64,000 nt of DNA from Eledone cirrhosa (Eukaryota). The translations under genes were made by a program, and so were the position numbers. Shown here in pieces: positions 1-13,415 of the stretch; the stretch's first letter is position 1, and each line of letters starts with the position of its first letter. The DNA lies in contig OZ024742.1 in assembly GCA_964016885.1 (NCBI GenBank), forward strand, positions 111,104,001 to 111,168,000. The letters run 5' to 3'. The notes under the pieces are model-generated. The model saw nothing but the letters and a program-made list of their open reading frames with translations. It made no database searches and was not told the origin of the DNA.

Positions 1-2152
1 GACGATATAAATAATTTCAGGCCCATAACTCTGCTAAATACAGAGTTACAGATTTTGGCCAAGGTGCTAGCAAAGAGGTTGGCGTTTGTCGTGGGCAACC
101 TGGTGGGAGATGCGCAGACATGTGCTATCCCGTCCAGGTCCATCCACGATAACCTCCACCTCATGCGATACATCATAGAGAGGGTTTGGAACGAACCCGG
201 CTTTGGTGGGGCCCTGATCAACTTGGATCAATCTAAGGCATTCGATAGGGTCGACCATGGTTACCTGGATGCGGTGCTAGCGGCGGCAGGCTTCGGACCT
301 GTTTTCAGGGGCTGGATCAATGCCATGCACAGCAGCCGCATCTGCTCTAGGGTCAAGGTGAACGGCTACCTCTCGGAGCCGTTCGAAATCGCGCGGTCCA
401 TCCGACATGGGTGCCCTGTCTCCTCCCTTCTGTATGTAATGACTCTAGAGCCACTGCTGCGGAAGTTGGAGTTGGAACCGGGATTGCGGAAAGCGGTGTC
501 AGCCTACGCCGATGACGTAACAGTAATGGTGTCGACGGCCTCGGAAATCGGGGCGATCGGCACCTTATTGGAGGAGTACGAAAGGTTTACAGGGGCTAAG
601 ATGAACCGGGACAAGTCGATCGGTCTGCAACTCGGCACGTGGAGGGGCAGATCGATGCCCTCCGATGGCGTCGTCGGGCGCTGGACGGAGGGCCCGGTGA
701 AGTTGCTCGGGGTCTGGTTCGGACCAGACCTCCAGGTGGAGAAGAACTAGGGTGAGGTGACGAACAGGGTGTTTGCACTGACCCAGAAGTGGGCCGAGTG
801 CAAACTGTCCCTGAAAGGTCGGGCGGAGGTGGCGAACACTTATATAGCGTCCGTCATCTACTACCGTCTGACCGTTGTGCCTTGCCCAAGGGAAACGCTC
901 GCCAAAATGGAGCGCGCACTCTTCCAATTCCTTTGGAAGAAGCGGGCTCCTATGGTGAGGAGATCCATCTGCTGTCAACACCCTTCGAAAGGAGGGCTGG
1001 GAATGCCGTGGCTAATGATACGTAAACACGCATTAAGGCTACGGCACCTTCAGGTATTCCGCTCCGGTCAACCGGTGTGGGCCCCGTTTGTGAGGCGAGC
1101 CTTTCCCAGACTCGTCTCACTCACCGAGCTGCAATCCTGGGTCAAGCAAAGACCGAGAAAACTGGGCGCCTGGCACACCGAGTGTGCCCAGGCGCTCACG
1201 GTTCTCTGGCAGGCGGACCCGGCTGTCAGTGGAGAATCCACCTCGTCATTCTATAGAGGGCTGGTGGTTAGCAGGTGCGACGACGCCCTCGGAGAAGCCC
1301 TAGGCATGGAGGAAGACGAACTGGCCAACCTGTTCGGTAGGACATTCAGCCCGGGACCCATGGACAACTTCCAGAGGTCCCTGGCCTGGCAATGCCACAG
1401 AAGGGCTCTGCCCGTTCGAGAAATGCTCTACAGACACGGGCGCCCGGTTAGGTACCCATCGAAAAAGATCTGTCCCAGATGCGTGTGCGACGAGGAAACC
1501 GTTGCACACGCATTGGTACACTGCTCGGGCATTGCCGATCTGTGGGGCTATGTCGAACAACTGCTGTCAAGGGTGGGACCGATCCGGTTGACCACCGAGT
1601 CTATTGTAACGATCAAGCCGCCTCCCCTCTTTAAAAACGAAGGAGAGGCGGTGTTTCTGTGCGTAATAGCCATGGCGAAAGAGGTTGTATGGTGGACGCG
1701 TCTGAAAGGACTGATGTCAGACACCTTTCTCTCTGGCCAACAACTGGTCCGTTTCTTCCGATATCGGAAGAAGGATCAGGATGGAGAGAGAGGTGCTGCA
1801 CCCCAGCCGTTTCTATGAAAGATGGGTGAAAGTGGCGAGAATGGCCCGTGTGAATGGGCCTTCACTCTACATCAGACTATAGGTGAGGAAGATGAAAGAC
1901 CAAGGGAGCACCCCTTCTCTGTGCTCCTGAGGAGAAGGGTTGCACACTTTTCTCGGGGGTGTGTGCGACCCCCAAGGCGCCTCCTCTCTATTGAGGACTT
2001 TATTTTTTGTTATATTTTATTTTATTTTTTGTTATATTTTATTTTATTTTTATATATTGTTATTGCCTCCTCCTTATTGAGGACGCCTTGTTTTGTAAAC
2101 TCCCCCCATTGTACTTGTCCCACTTTTGATGCCCTGGTGGCAAATAAAAGAA
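1..2152 (+). mobile_element. Non-LTR retrotransposon (L1/Tx1-like), 3' part of ORF2 (RT plus C-terminal zinc-finger-like domain) and 3' UTR; degenerate
   Basis: RT motifs NFRPITLLN, LDQSKAFDRVDH, IRHGCPVS, AYADD, KLLGVWF; then GGLGMP, CPRC..DEETVAHALVHC. In-frame TAG at 748-750 and a frameshift near 1765-1800. AATAAA near 2142 followed by (CTAT)n. Much more GC-rich than the flanks. Confidence 0.93.
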
Positions 2153-2159
2153 ACATATC

Positions 2160-2222
2160 TATCTCTCTATCTATCTATCTATCTATCTACCTATCTATCT
2201 ATCTGTCTGTCTATCAATCCAT

Positions 2223-2294
<72 letters not shown>

Positions 2295-2352
2295 CACCAC
2301 CACCACCACCACCACCACTACTACTACTACTTCTTCTTCTTCTTCTTCTTCT
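2160..2352. repeat. Compound microsatellite (CTAT)n-(ACT)n-(ACC)n-(TTC)n
   Basis: Directly visible; explains the poly-T/L/S/P ORFs in the track. Confidence 0.97.
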
Positions 2353-2364
2353 TTGCTCACTTAT

Positions 2365-3290
2365 TCCTGGGAGGGTTGTGAGGGCAGAGTCCTCAAGCAC
2401 TACTTCCAGTAGGTGCTATCAGCAACAACCGTCTCAAATTGACCTAGCTGGATCTCTAGCCGAGAGCAGCCGATCTTATTGATGTTATCTAATCATCTTG
2501 CCTACGGTCTAAACCTAGGTCTCCTACCGGCTGATTTTGGCTGTCCAACGATTCTTTTCCTGAGACATGCAAACTACATGCCCGTAATATCGGAGAGTTG
2601 AACTCCCAATTTAGAGAAGTAGCGGCTTTACTTGAAGCGACTATCTGAACTCCGAGCTACGCACTCTATCATTAATGCTGCTCTGAAAACCCTTCGGATG
2701 AACCCTTTTTCGACCGCTTGTATTCGTAATTGATGTTTTCGGTCATTACCCAAGATTCATTTTACCAGAGGTAAAGATTGCCACCTATACCAAATTGAAG
2801 ATAGCGCGTTTCGCTTTTACACGTAAGCCCTTCTTCTGATTACCGAATGCTGATGCTGAAACATTACTGCACGAGCTCCTGCAGTTTTTGCACTTAATTC
2901 AGTCCTCCGCCTTCCATCACTCGTGAACACGGCTCCGAGGTACATGAACCTCTCTACCTGATTCAGTAGAACTCCATTCACATGTAAAGTGCACTGCGCA
3001 TGCTTCCTTGAGAGGACGAATGTCTCAGCCTTTGCAGCTCTGACTTTCATTCCAGACGTGCATCAAGTGACGTGCATGTCGAATATCACATACTGACGAG
3101 TCATGTAGTACCATGTCATCCGCAAATTCTAGCCGACTAATCCTACCCTCGCAAGTTTTTATACTCTTTTTAACCAGAATGTAAATCTTCTTCAGGAATA
3201 TAATGTATAGAACTGAGAGTACGCACCTTTGGCGGAATCAGAAACCCATATTGAATGGTTTCGACCCATGGAAAGTTCCTATAGCTTTCT
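2365..3290 (-). mobile_element. Degraded RTE-like LINE, RT 3' fragment
   Basis: Minus strand reads FRQRCVLS (~3215-3240), LEFADDMVL (~3105-3132) and LNQVERFMYLGAVFTSDG (ORF 2817-3050), with many stops and frameshifts. Confidence 0.75.
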
Positions 3291-5002
3291 CTATATCTTC
3301 CTCTATCGTTTTATGATTTTTGCATTGTTCATGTGAGCTGTTCTCCTAATATATTGTCTTATTCCTGTTGGTATGTCTGCTTGTATGCATATAAGTAACT
3401 GTTTACATGAATACCTCTACTACTATATGTCTACGCTGATATGTGTATTACTCTATTAGCTCGAGTGGTAAATTTTGCTTTTATTCTTCACGTCTGAAAT
3501 ATATCCATGTGCTTATAAACGATTGTGCTTCATCTCTTAAATCTTCTACCTCGACATTTTACGGTTAGTGATTAAAATTTTGACCACAGCGAGAATAGCT
3601 TCTCATCTCGCAATAAGCATTCAGTAGACAATAAATCATTCTATATATGCATCAGTGGCTATCTTCTATGCGAACATTCACGTAAGCATTCAATACTTTT
3701 TGATAAAAGACGTCTACAATTCTGGCAATACTCTTGTGATTTGGGCCTATTAATTCTTAAATAAGGACAGTATAGGTTAAAAAAGTATCTTTTGTAAATC
3801 AAGCAGCATAGCTTCATATATTCAAAATAGTTTATTTTTTAAAACAATGTATTCTATGCAAGTCTCTGAGGAAATACATATAAAAGGAAATGATGGAAAT
3901 GAGAAGATCATGTGACCTTCAGGTGACCATTAATGGTTTTAGCATCATAGATAAAATGGCTTCAACAGATTGACCTTCTTGCCCTATAGGGGGATATAAC
4001 ATTACAATTTGACGGCAGCCATAATTACAACAGTGGCAAAAAAAAAAGTGATGAATATTAGAGCGTCAATAACAACGACAGTAACCACAAATGTCAACAA
4101 CAAAAACAGCAACAATAACAATAATGATAATAACAATAATAAATAAATAAATAAATATATAATAAATTGCAACAGCATTAATAATTGAATATTTCTTTCG
4201 AATATGTTTTTACTATTAAATATTTTTTATATTTTCATTTCATTTTTTTCATTGAAAGAGTGATATTTTAAGCTCAATTCTCTGGTTATTCAATGCATTT
4301 TCTCTCTATTTTTGAATATCTTTTGCAGGTTGAACGGTGAAATAAATGCGAAGTATTTCTATGAAAGAATTGTTTTATAATGGATGGTAATGGAGTGCTA
4401 TTATTGACAGTTGAGATATGTTTGTGTAGGCATTAACGGTAATACTTCCATATTACTCAGAATTGTTAATTTGTTTGTCCTCATCTTCGTATTATGCCTG
4501 GAAGCGATTTTATTTGTTCTTCAGCATCTCAATGCTAAGAGATAGCTATGCTTCTCATTAAACAAGTATCGTTGGTTTGCTATGAAAAGACGAAACAAAC
4601 AAAAGAGGCTAAAAAAAATGAAAAACAGAACGAGGGAACTGAGATTGAGGCAAAGTGAATGTATAACAAATATGAATAGAAAAATAGAGCAAAAAGAGAC
4701 GAAAAAAAAACAAAAAAAAAAAACAAGGACAGAGAAAGGGAAAGATATAATGTTTGAAAACGACAGAAAGTGAGAGTAAGATGGAGGAAAGAGTGTGTTC
4801 AGTTATGGGAATTATGGAAATGAAAAGACTATGTATCTAAAGAGACGTTTTATGCATAGTTCTGATGTGAAGAATCGTTAGTATATTTACAATTCCACAG
4901 TTCGATAAACATGAAAATGTTCGTTTTTAGGTACAGACACCTACACCTTCCCCATACACACACGCGAGCCCGCACACACAGATACACAAATATATATATA
5001 TA

Positions 5003-8000
5003 CTAGCAGCTGAGCCAGGTTGCACTCGGGGTACTAGGGGCCACTTTTTATTAAGTTAATAAGTTGAGGGGCGACTTTGTAGACAACGTTCCTGGTGTTG
5101 CCCGGGTTACCACAAATGAAGAGATTGTGTGGACTACCGACGCGGGGGCATCCGACGTATAGTTGACCATGGGCAAATACTTGCTGTGTTAGATGTAGGC
5201 CAACCACTTGCAGTGATGGTCCTTGTGTTTTGTTAATGCTCATTGCAAAGCAGAGTTTTATGGGAAACTGCCGTCGCATAAATTCATAGGGAACGTCAGA
5301 GGACTAAGGCTTATAGGAGTAATTAACCTGGTCACGTCAGCAGCGGGTTCGCTCAAAATGGTTGTCTCCAGAATTCGGGTCCTTATTTTTTTAATGATTA
5401 AACGCGTTCCGTTGCATAGTTCTGGTGCATCCAGGTTCCCCAGCAAAATAACTGGCACACCAACCTTCAGTTTCATACCATGAGGTTGAAGTCTTGGAGG
5501 TAGTTGACTGTTGAGGAATTCGATTGGGTAGATGACGGCGTCGTCCGCGTTTTTATTGGTGTCAATCGACTTGAAGGAGACTTCATTTCCGGGAATCTGA
5601 TCGAGTAGATTTTGTTTGATCACGTCAACAGTGGAATTGTGTGGTGCCAAAATAGCTCTTCCTTTCAGCCAGATGTGATCATGGAATCGTGATTCAAGGT
5701 CTGGAAATACAGATGACATTAATTCGTCAATGTTTGACACAAAGTTCCCAAAAGGCAAAGTTCCCAACAGGCAAACGGATATGCTCTTCATCCACTCCAG
5801 GTGTAGTTCCATTACCAACTTCCAGTAGATGTTTTGAAATCGATGAAGTCTGCGTCACCATGCACATGCACTCTCATGTTGGTAGTCAGATGTAGTTTGT
5901 GGATATACTGCCATACGTAGGACGACTTGATGCATGCGTTCACTTCGTCAGCTCCAGTGCCTCTAGTGATAACAGGAAGAGTCTGTCGGAAATTGCCAGC
6001 CAGCAGTACTGTCGCTCCACCCATGACGCGTGAGTTCCGACGCAAGTTCTTGAGAGTTCGATCCAGAGCTTCAAAGACCGCCTTGTGACTCATGGTAGCC
6101 TCTTCCCATATGATCAGGCAGCACTCAGAAAGATGATGTGCTTTAGGGTCGACACGATCTATTCTACATGTAGGATTCTCCTTCTTTGCAATGTTCTAAG
6201 GCAATTTGAATGAGGAGTGTGCCGTACGACCGCCATGTAACAGTGTAGCCGCAATACCACTGGAGGTGACCGCTAAAGCAATCCGCTTGTCTTTTCGTAG
6301 CTTCGCAAGCAAAAGTTGCCAAAAGGTTGCCAGAAGCAGCCAGGAAAAATAGCCGTCCCTCATTTGAATTGACACTGGAAAGAATTCTGTCATATGCTCG
6401 TCTCTGGTCATGTAAAAGTCTGGGTTCGTCCTGAGCTACCTGATGTGTCATATCGTCGATGTTTTAATTTAACTCACGCATGAACTCCACATCTAAAGCA
6501 CTGTGAGTGTTTCGAGGTTGTGGCAAACCGAAATCAGATACACCGCCAACTCCAAGAGCTTTAAAGCTGGTTGTCCATGTCGATGAGGGCCTCATTGTAC
6601 ACCGCGTCGTTGAAAGCAAAGCCAGCGGCTGTATCTTCTGCTCGTACTATACGGAGGATGTCCTCTGTCATGTTTTCCTTATGCGTTTGCCAAAGCTTAA
6701 GGGGCTCACCTATGCCCCAGAACAATAGCATTATGCAAAACAGACATCTCATTTCTCGAGGCATCTTACATTCTGCAGCCTCTGTCAACGCCACGTACAT
6801 GTGGGCATCATCCTCGAGTAGCCCGCGCTTCACGCACGCGTCCCTGTAACTGGAACAAATGTGGTCATCGAAAAGTCTGAGGTCGGCGAATGACTTGGGC
6901 CCTTTGATATGATGCAGCAACTTTCACAGGAAAAAGAATTCTTGTTATTTCGGATGAACATTGTACACGCGTTCGATGGCATTACTTCTGAAGACATCTA
7001 CCCAATCCTCAACTTTTTCCCCCTTGTCGCCGCCGATGTCATTTTTTGTTCGACCAAATGAAGTAGGTAGGTACATCGACGTAAAAAAGGGTAACTGCAA
7101 ACGTATCGACAGAACATAGCTTAAAACATGCTGTAAGCGTCGTCCCAGGTGGCTATTCGGCAGCAGCCGATGCGGTTTCCTCAGTGAAATAAACGCGTTG
7201 ACCATTCTCTAAGTGAACATCCAAGTTAACAACTACTTCAGAGCACCGGTGAATTTCAAGCCCCAAAATGTGTCAAGCCGCCATATTGGACGAACTGTAT
7301 CTTCCAAATCATGAACTGAGTAATTTAGTCTTTTGATTCTACGCCATCACTGAGGCCAACCACCGCCATGTCGCCGCCTTTGTTGATATATTTGCAGATG
7401 TATTTAATGCTTTTAACAGATGTGCAGGACTCCACATTGATGTGAGCATTAAAAATATTAGCAAGCAAAGGGCTGTAAGGAACCACCCAGCTGCTGTCAA
7501 TGTCGTATTAGTTCCATTTCTTCTTAATCCTAGCCGAAAGGCCGCCGAAATCGGGAGCACACCGCCGGTAGATGGGGTAGCCGTCAACCCCAGTGCAAGT
7601 TTCCCTGCAGAAGGCTCTAGGGCAATGTTCGGTGCACTTGTTCCCCTCTATGCATGAGTTTTGGCTGTTAAGGGCACCACAGGATCCATGTATCATATTA
7701 GCCAGCACAATATTGTAAAGCTGCATATCAATTTGGAGATCGGGCAACTCTGCACATATAAGAAGGTCCGTAGGTCTGATTCGTTCTTTGCACCAAATAA
7801 AATATGTGTGTGTGGAAGAGCCTCGCCTCTGCCATTCCACAGTATACATCCAAGCATTGAGTTATCCGTAGATGGCCTTACCTTTCAGCAAGCACATTAA
7901 TTTCGTCAACTTTCCGTGGAAGACACTGGCTGTAATATCATGCCTGTTACTCGTCACCTGGTCCGCGAATAAATTATCCTTAATCTCCACCCAATTAGGA

Positions 8001-9565
8001 TTACGGACATACGCCATGGCATCCTGTGTCCGTTTATGCAAGTGCCGGGGCGACCCACTTAAGCTTGAAGGAAGGATCACCTGATGCCCAACATTGGTTG
8101 CGTCTCCGTCACACTGCAAAGCATACTTAAGATGAGCGTATTGAAACCCTCTTAGTTCTTTTTGATGGGTACGTATGTACAGAAGACGTTCCGCTTCAAT
8201 CATTGCGTACATATCAACCAAGAACTGGTTTGTCACCTCTTTGAACCTAAGTAGTTGGTTGAATTGACCGTCTCTGATCATGAGTAGGTATGCATAAAAT
8301 TCCATGCTGGAAACTTTCTTTGGTAAAGCAGCAAGACTTTTCGGATCAATTGTGGGAATCTCGAAGTTGTAGCCGTCCTCGCCGTAGGGAAAAAGAAGAG
8401 GGTACTGCAAGCAATCGTTCGACCGATGGGTTTCTGCAACGAACGTCAGTCTGTTATTGTGATGCTGAATGATGATGTCACGTGCACCATGATTTTCGTC
8501 AACCATGATTGCTGCTACCTCGTTGGTAGTTGGAGCGTTGAAATATCCAGGATGCCCAACCACTGGTCGTCTGTCAGCTCTGATGACCAATTTCATCTCA
8601 TGCCAAGAGTCCAAAAGATCCAAAGCACTGTTCAAGTCACGGACGTACGGATGGGTTGCATGGAGCATAGTTTGAAGTTCCGCAACAATGTTCCCGTCAA
8701 CAGATGAATTGATCTTGCATCATTGGGAAACTTCCTCATCATTCCCGCCCATGAAGAATACCTGGAGGAATTTAGGCTCCTCGCCTAGCTGTGGGCGAAG
8801 GCTTCCCATTTGTGGTAACACTGACCTTGAATTTTGTAGGTGTAAAGTTTTTCTTTCTTTCTTTCTTCGTTGTTGTCACAATTGCTGGCGACACCGGTGT
8901 TGTTGCTGTTGTTGTTGTTCTTTTTGTTGTTTCTGCCATCCCTTACACCAAATGATATCATAGTGAAGCATGAATTGTGTCTCCAAATGCTTTTGCGAAA
9001 CTTCACTCCTTGGTCAGAGTTACTAATGAGAAGATTTTGCAGCAAATCAGGAGGATCAGCCAGCGTCTGAAGTTGAACTTTGCCCCCGGAACAGCAAAGA
9101 CCTGGAGCCTCACCGACCCACTTCTTAGCCCCACAGGACTGACATACCTTATGCATTTTTCCAAGAGCCAAATTCGGGTGATTGGTGTAATCATCAGAAA
9201 GATTGTAGTTAAAGCCAGCTTTTAACCATTCTTCGCAATTTAAGGGCTTTATTTCGTTTAGAAGAAAATACTGGTCGTTTTCGGTTAGGCATATCGTATA
9301 ACGATACTATAGAAGCAGTGTAAAAGTAATTTAGGTTAAATACTGAACCACTGAGATCACGTAGTCGTTTAAATAAGTTGAATTAAAAAAGGGAGGCATT
9401 GAATGTAAAATGCTAAGCTAAAAGCGAAAAATTAATGTCATTGTTTATGTATAATGAATTGGAAATGCTTCACTAAGAAATGGATATAAAAGTATTTTAG
9501 GTTAAATAGTATAGGGAGGTGTGTAGGATACATACATACACACGACGCTCAGCTTTATATAAGTA
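5003..9565 (-). mobile_element. Autonomous-type Helitron (RepHel), pseudogenised
   Basis: Rep motifs YTVEWQRRG and WVVPYSPLL..HINVE..SIKYICKYINKG (~7375-7490). Pif1-like helicase motifs SGIAATLLHGGRTAHS, GNFRQTLPVI, LTTNMRV, LCNGTRL, RRQFPIKLCFAMSINKTQG, HGQLYVG. N-terminal region KIQGQCYH, APTTNEVAAI, LQYPLLFPYGEDG. The 3' end is a GC hairpin plus CTAG (5003-5006) followed by T. The 5' end is tentatively placed at ~9565 (TACTTATATAAAGC). Confidence 0.95.
5034..9230 (-). pseudogene. Fragmented Helitron Rep-helicase ORF
   Basis: Collinear ORF pieces 8785-9171, 7862-8668, 7508-7849, 6561-6920, 6196-6411, 5812-6093, 5258-5818 and 5034-5279, separated by frameshifts. Confidence 0.92.
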
Positions 9566-10027
9566 TCGTGTGTATGTCTGTGTGCTATACGAGCGACGAC
9601 AGATCAAAGATATATAACACGTGACTGAACGTTAACTAAAGTTTGCTGGTCCCTCTCTGTCTCTCTCTCTGAATATCTAACATTTTAATTGTATTTCTCT
9701 CTGTCTAACGGCCTATCTCTCTCTGCAGTGTTATCATATAGGGAGTGAAGAGCGACAGAGAGAGTAAAGCAGTTACATTATAGAGAGGGGAGAATGATCT
9801 ATTATAGAAAGAGGGAAGAGTGATGGAGAGAGTAAAGCTAAGAAACTACAGGGAGGTAAAATCGATAGAAAAAGACCGTTTTGGGGCCTTAGAGACCCCC
9901 CAAGTAGACCTGTCGCTTCCGCGGCACCTTTCACATTAATGTGTCAATTTTCATGACAATCAGAGCATTGGTACTACTCTTTTATCTGTATCCAGATACG
10001 ACCTCAGACAAATTTCGCCCATTTCAC

Positions 10028-10157
<130 letters not shown>

Positions 10158-10388
10158 TATATATGTTGTTATTTTTATTTTTATCCTTTATACTCTTCCC
10201 TTCATTCTACACATCTCACACATCTTATACACACCACGCATCTCAGCGTATACCCACTTACATCTCTCTCTCTCCACCACCGGACCTTGTTACCCGGAGA
10301 TTTACCCATTTGCATTGTCGAGGCTTCCAAACGACATAAAGATATTTACTTATTGTTCCACAATGCTTCAAGTAAACTTCAATACTCT

Positions 10389-10424
<36 letters not shown>

Positions 10425-10581
10425 GAAACACACAGATACATGCGGACACACACATATAGATGAATGCATCCGCACCCAACCGTGAGTTAAGGGTGCCAAC
10501 TTCACCGATGTTGCTCAATGAATGACTGGGACAGACCAATCCGGTTGAACCAGACTGAACCAGTATCAGAGTTAAAAATAC

Positions 10582-10641
<60 letters not shown>

Positions 10642-10734
10642 TAGAGAGAGAGAGAGACAGAGATTGTTCTTACGAGAGATGCTGTATTAGCTGCAAATTC
10701 GATTTTTACTCACTATCAATATATATATATAAAT

Positions 10735-11569
10735 TTTAGTATAGCATAGACGAAGCTCTAGTATACGGCCAAGCTAGCGTGTATGCTTATTCGGTTTGTA
10801 GCTTTAGCACTCAGATGAGGTAAGACCCCAGAGTATAACATTATGTTCAGACAGCTTAGCAAATTAGATATAGCAGTCGGCAGTCCGACCGCATCACTAG
10901 AGCAACGAAAATACAGGACCCAGGTAAAGATTTTTTACTGACCTGGACATAACGCTGAGGCTGGGTGTAAAATATATAATCCACATGGTGTTTCCACAAT
11001 ATTGATCGCAAAATCGCACGCAACGACAGCGCTAAGTTTCTGCAAATCCATGATCGACAAATTCCTATTGCAGGAGTCTGCAATATAATGGTTTTTGACG
11101 ACAGAACATAGGATTTACTTCTTCAGCAAGTCTTTCGTTCTTAGCCAAAGCGGGTATGCTGTGACTTTAAAGGTCGCCACAGACACATGGTTTTGTCCGA
11201 AGAGAGGTAACCCCCGCTTAGGCGGAGTATTCTAATTTGAGATAAAGGGATGAATCCCCTTATTCAAACCGAATAAAGCACTCGACTAGAAGTTATCAAA
11301 CAAACTTAAACAATTAATTAATCAATAGAATCATCTAATAAAATTAATCAGTTAATCGTTAATTCTAGGAGTAAATATAAACTTTAGTACAGCATATACG
11401 AAGCTCTAGTATACGGCCAAGCTAGCGTGTATGCTTATTCGGTTTGTAGCTTTAGCACACAGATGAGGTAAGACACCAGTGTATAACATTATGTTCAGAC
11501 AGCTTAGCAAATTAGATATAGCAGTCGGCAGTCCGACCGCATCACTAGAGCAACGAAAATACAGGACCC

Positions 11570-11574
<5 letters not shown>
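10735..11574. repeat. Unclassified ~840-bp element bounded by ~190-bp direct repeats (10735-10926 and 11383-11574), inserted in (TA)n
   Basis: Near-identical copies of ...GAAGCTCTAGTATACGGCCAAGCTAGCG...AATACAGGACCCAGGTA, with (TA)n on both sides and no ORF between them. Confidence 0.8.
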
Positions 11575-11616
<42 letters not shown>

Positions 11617-12029
11617 AGCCCTGCGATGTTGACCGACGCATTAATTAATATCCGAGTATATTTTAATAATATTCGTAATTATAGATAAGCGATGAATTTT
11701 CTTACTTTGAATTTTAACCTGTGTATTAACAAGTTCATTAGACAAGACTATACAGATATAAACGTATAAATATATGTATGTATGTTCTTCTAGTTTTATA
11801 ATTTCACAATGTTTTTTTTTTACCAATTGAGAGAGAATCGGTTTCTAACATAGACACAAGACTCTCTCATTGGAATTTACACAACATCAACTAGGTAGAT
11901 ATGTCTGCATATTTGTATGCTGGTATGGATGTTATTGTATGAGTGGATGTGTATGTTTTGAGTTATAAATGTGCACGTGTATATGCTTCGTATCCGTATA
12001 TGTGCACATGGAGTTACTAGATGCAGATA

Positions 12030-13385
12030 TGTTTCACATATTTTTACTGTTCCATTAATGGATTGTACATGTAATTTTATAACTAGTCGTGTTCGTTTTG
12101 TTTCTGTGAAGCCCAGCTTCTCAAGATTTGTACTGAAGCAGTTACTAACATATCCACAGGTATAAATCTGACCGTATAGTCAGAGTTGAGTGTCTGTAGA
12201 TTTCTGATTATTTCTGCATAGATATTCTCCTTTTTGCTAATCTTTAATATTATATTGGCATCTGCTGGGCAGCTAATTTCCACCACTGTGCATTACTTCT
12301 TTTCCCTGTCCCATATCATTATATCTGGTCTGTTATACATGCATTTTATTGGGTGTTTTACTGGAACATTCCACCAGTCCTCCTTCATAATATGTATGTG
12401 TATATCTTCCACATTTCTGGAGCTTTTAAGGTGTTTATTTCTTCGGATTGCATTGTACAGTGTTCTGACCACTACATCATGCGTCATAGGTAGATAGTAC
12501 CGTGATGATATCTTTGGACAGCTGCTAATGACATGGGTGACATGCTCGATATTAATTCTGCAGAGTCTGCGCTTGTTGTCGCATCTAGTGTTTTGCCTGC
12601 ATCCCTTTCTCTTTTTTGAATCAGGTATTTTGTGTTGATTTCTTGTCCTTGGATTGCAAAAGCATATCCTTCAAAGTGTGAGCCAATATGGCGGTTGTTA
12701 TCCAAGATAGACTACTTTGTTTATCTATATTATTCTCACTCTAAACCTGCCTGGCAACATATCCATGCATGATTTTTTGCGGATGAGCATGTAATTTTTC
12801 ATCCATGGATTCGCTGCGATATTGCTAGGCGATTTCCCTGGATGTGAGTTTTCGATTATCACGCAGGGAGTATATTTCAAGGAGTTACTACACAACTCTC
12901 ATAATCTTATCTGTTTCATGCAGACAGACTTGCTCAATAGATGGGCTCTTTCGCTTGGAGGTTTGTAAATGTCGGAGGGATATGATGCGACAATCAAATG
13001 CTGTCCGGACCGACGTATGCCTCTGCCTTCTTGCTTACATTTCATGTCAAGGCGGTCTATATCACTGTTGATGTGGAGGTTTCCGGTGTTGTTTAGAATA
13101 TTTCTAGGTTTAACAACAATTGTTCGGATTTCGTCTATCGTCCACTCGAGTATTCCAAACGGTGTGTTAGGACAAGCACAGCAAACACATTTTGAGCCAC
13201 TGTTTTACTGTGTGCAGAGAGTTCCGATGACCATTTTTCTTAATCGGGTATAGTATTCCCTGGTTACGCGTTCCTTATTACAATATGAGAATATATCCAT
13301 CATAGGATATATTCTCATCTATCCCTAGGTATCTGTAGCAGTCCTCGTCAGATATCGGTGAAATAGTTAGGCCAGTGATACAAAT
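12030..13385 (-). mobile_element. Degraded R4/Dong-like non-LTR retrotransposon, 3' part with restriction-like endonuclease
   Basis: Minus-strand peptides YRYLGIDENI, AIQGQEINTKY, HDVVVRTLY, RPDIMIWDREKK, VEISCPAD. These fit the RHD / PD..E pattern of RLE-type LINEs. Confidence 0.8.
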
Positions 13386-13415
13386 GTATGTATGTATGTA
13401 TGTATGTATGTATGT

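Noticed and set aside
742-760. Programmed readthrough of the TAG in the LINE ORF2
   Set aside because: It falls at a likely Trp codon (TGG to TAG), and the copy has another frameshift.
4582-4773. Lys/Arg-rich ORF
   Set aside because: A-rich low-complexity sequence with no domain signal.
10805-10915. Hammerhead in the 190-bp direct repeat (CAGATGA ... GAAA)
   Set aside because: The core deviates in both copies, with no helix I or GUH site in the right place.
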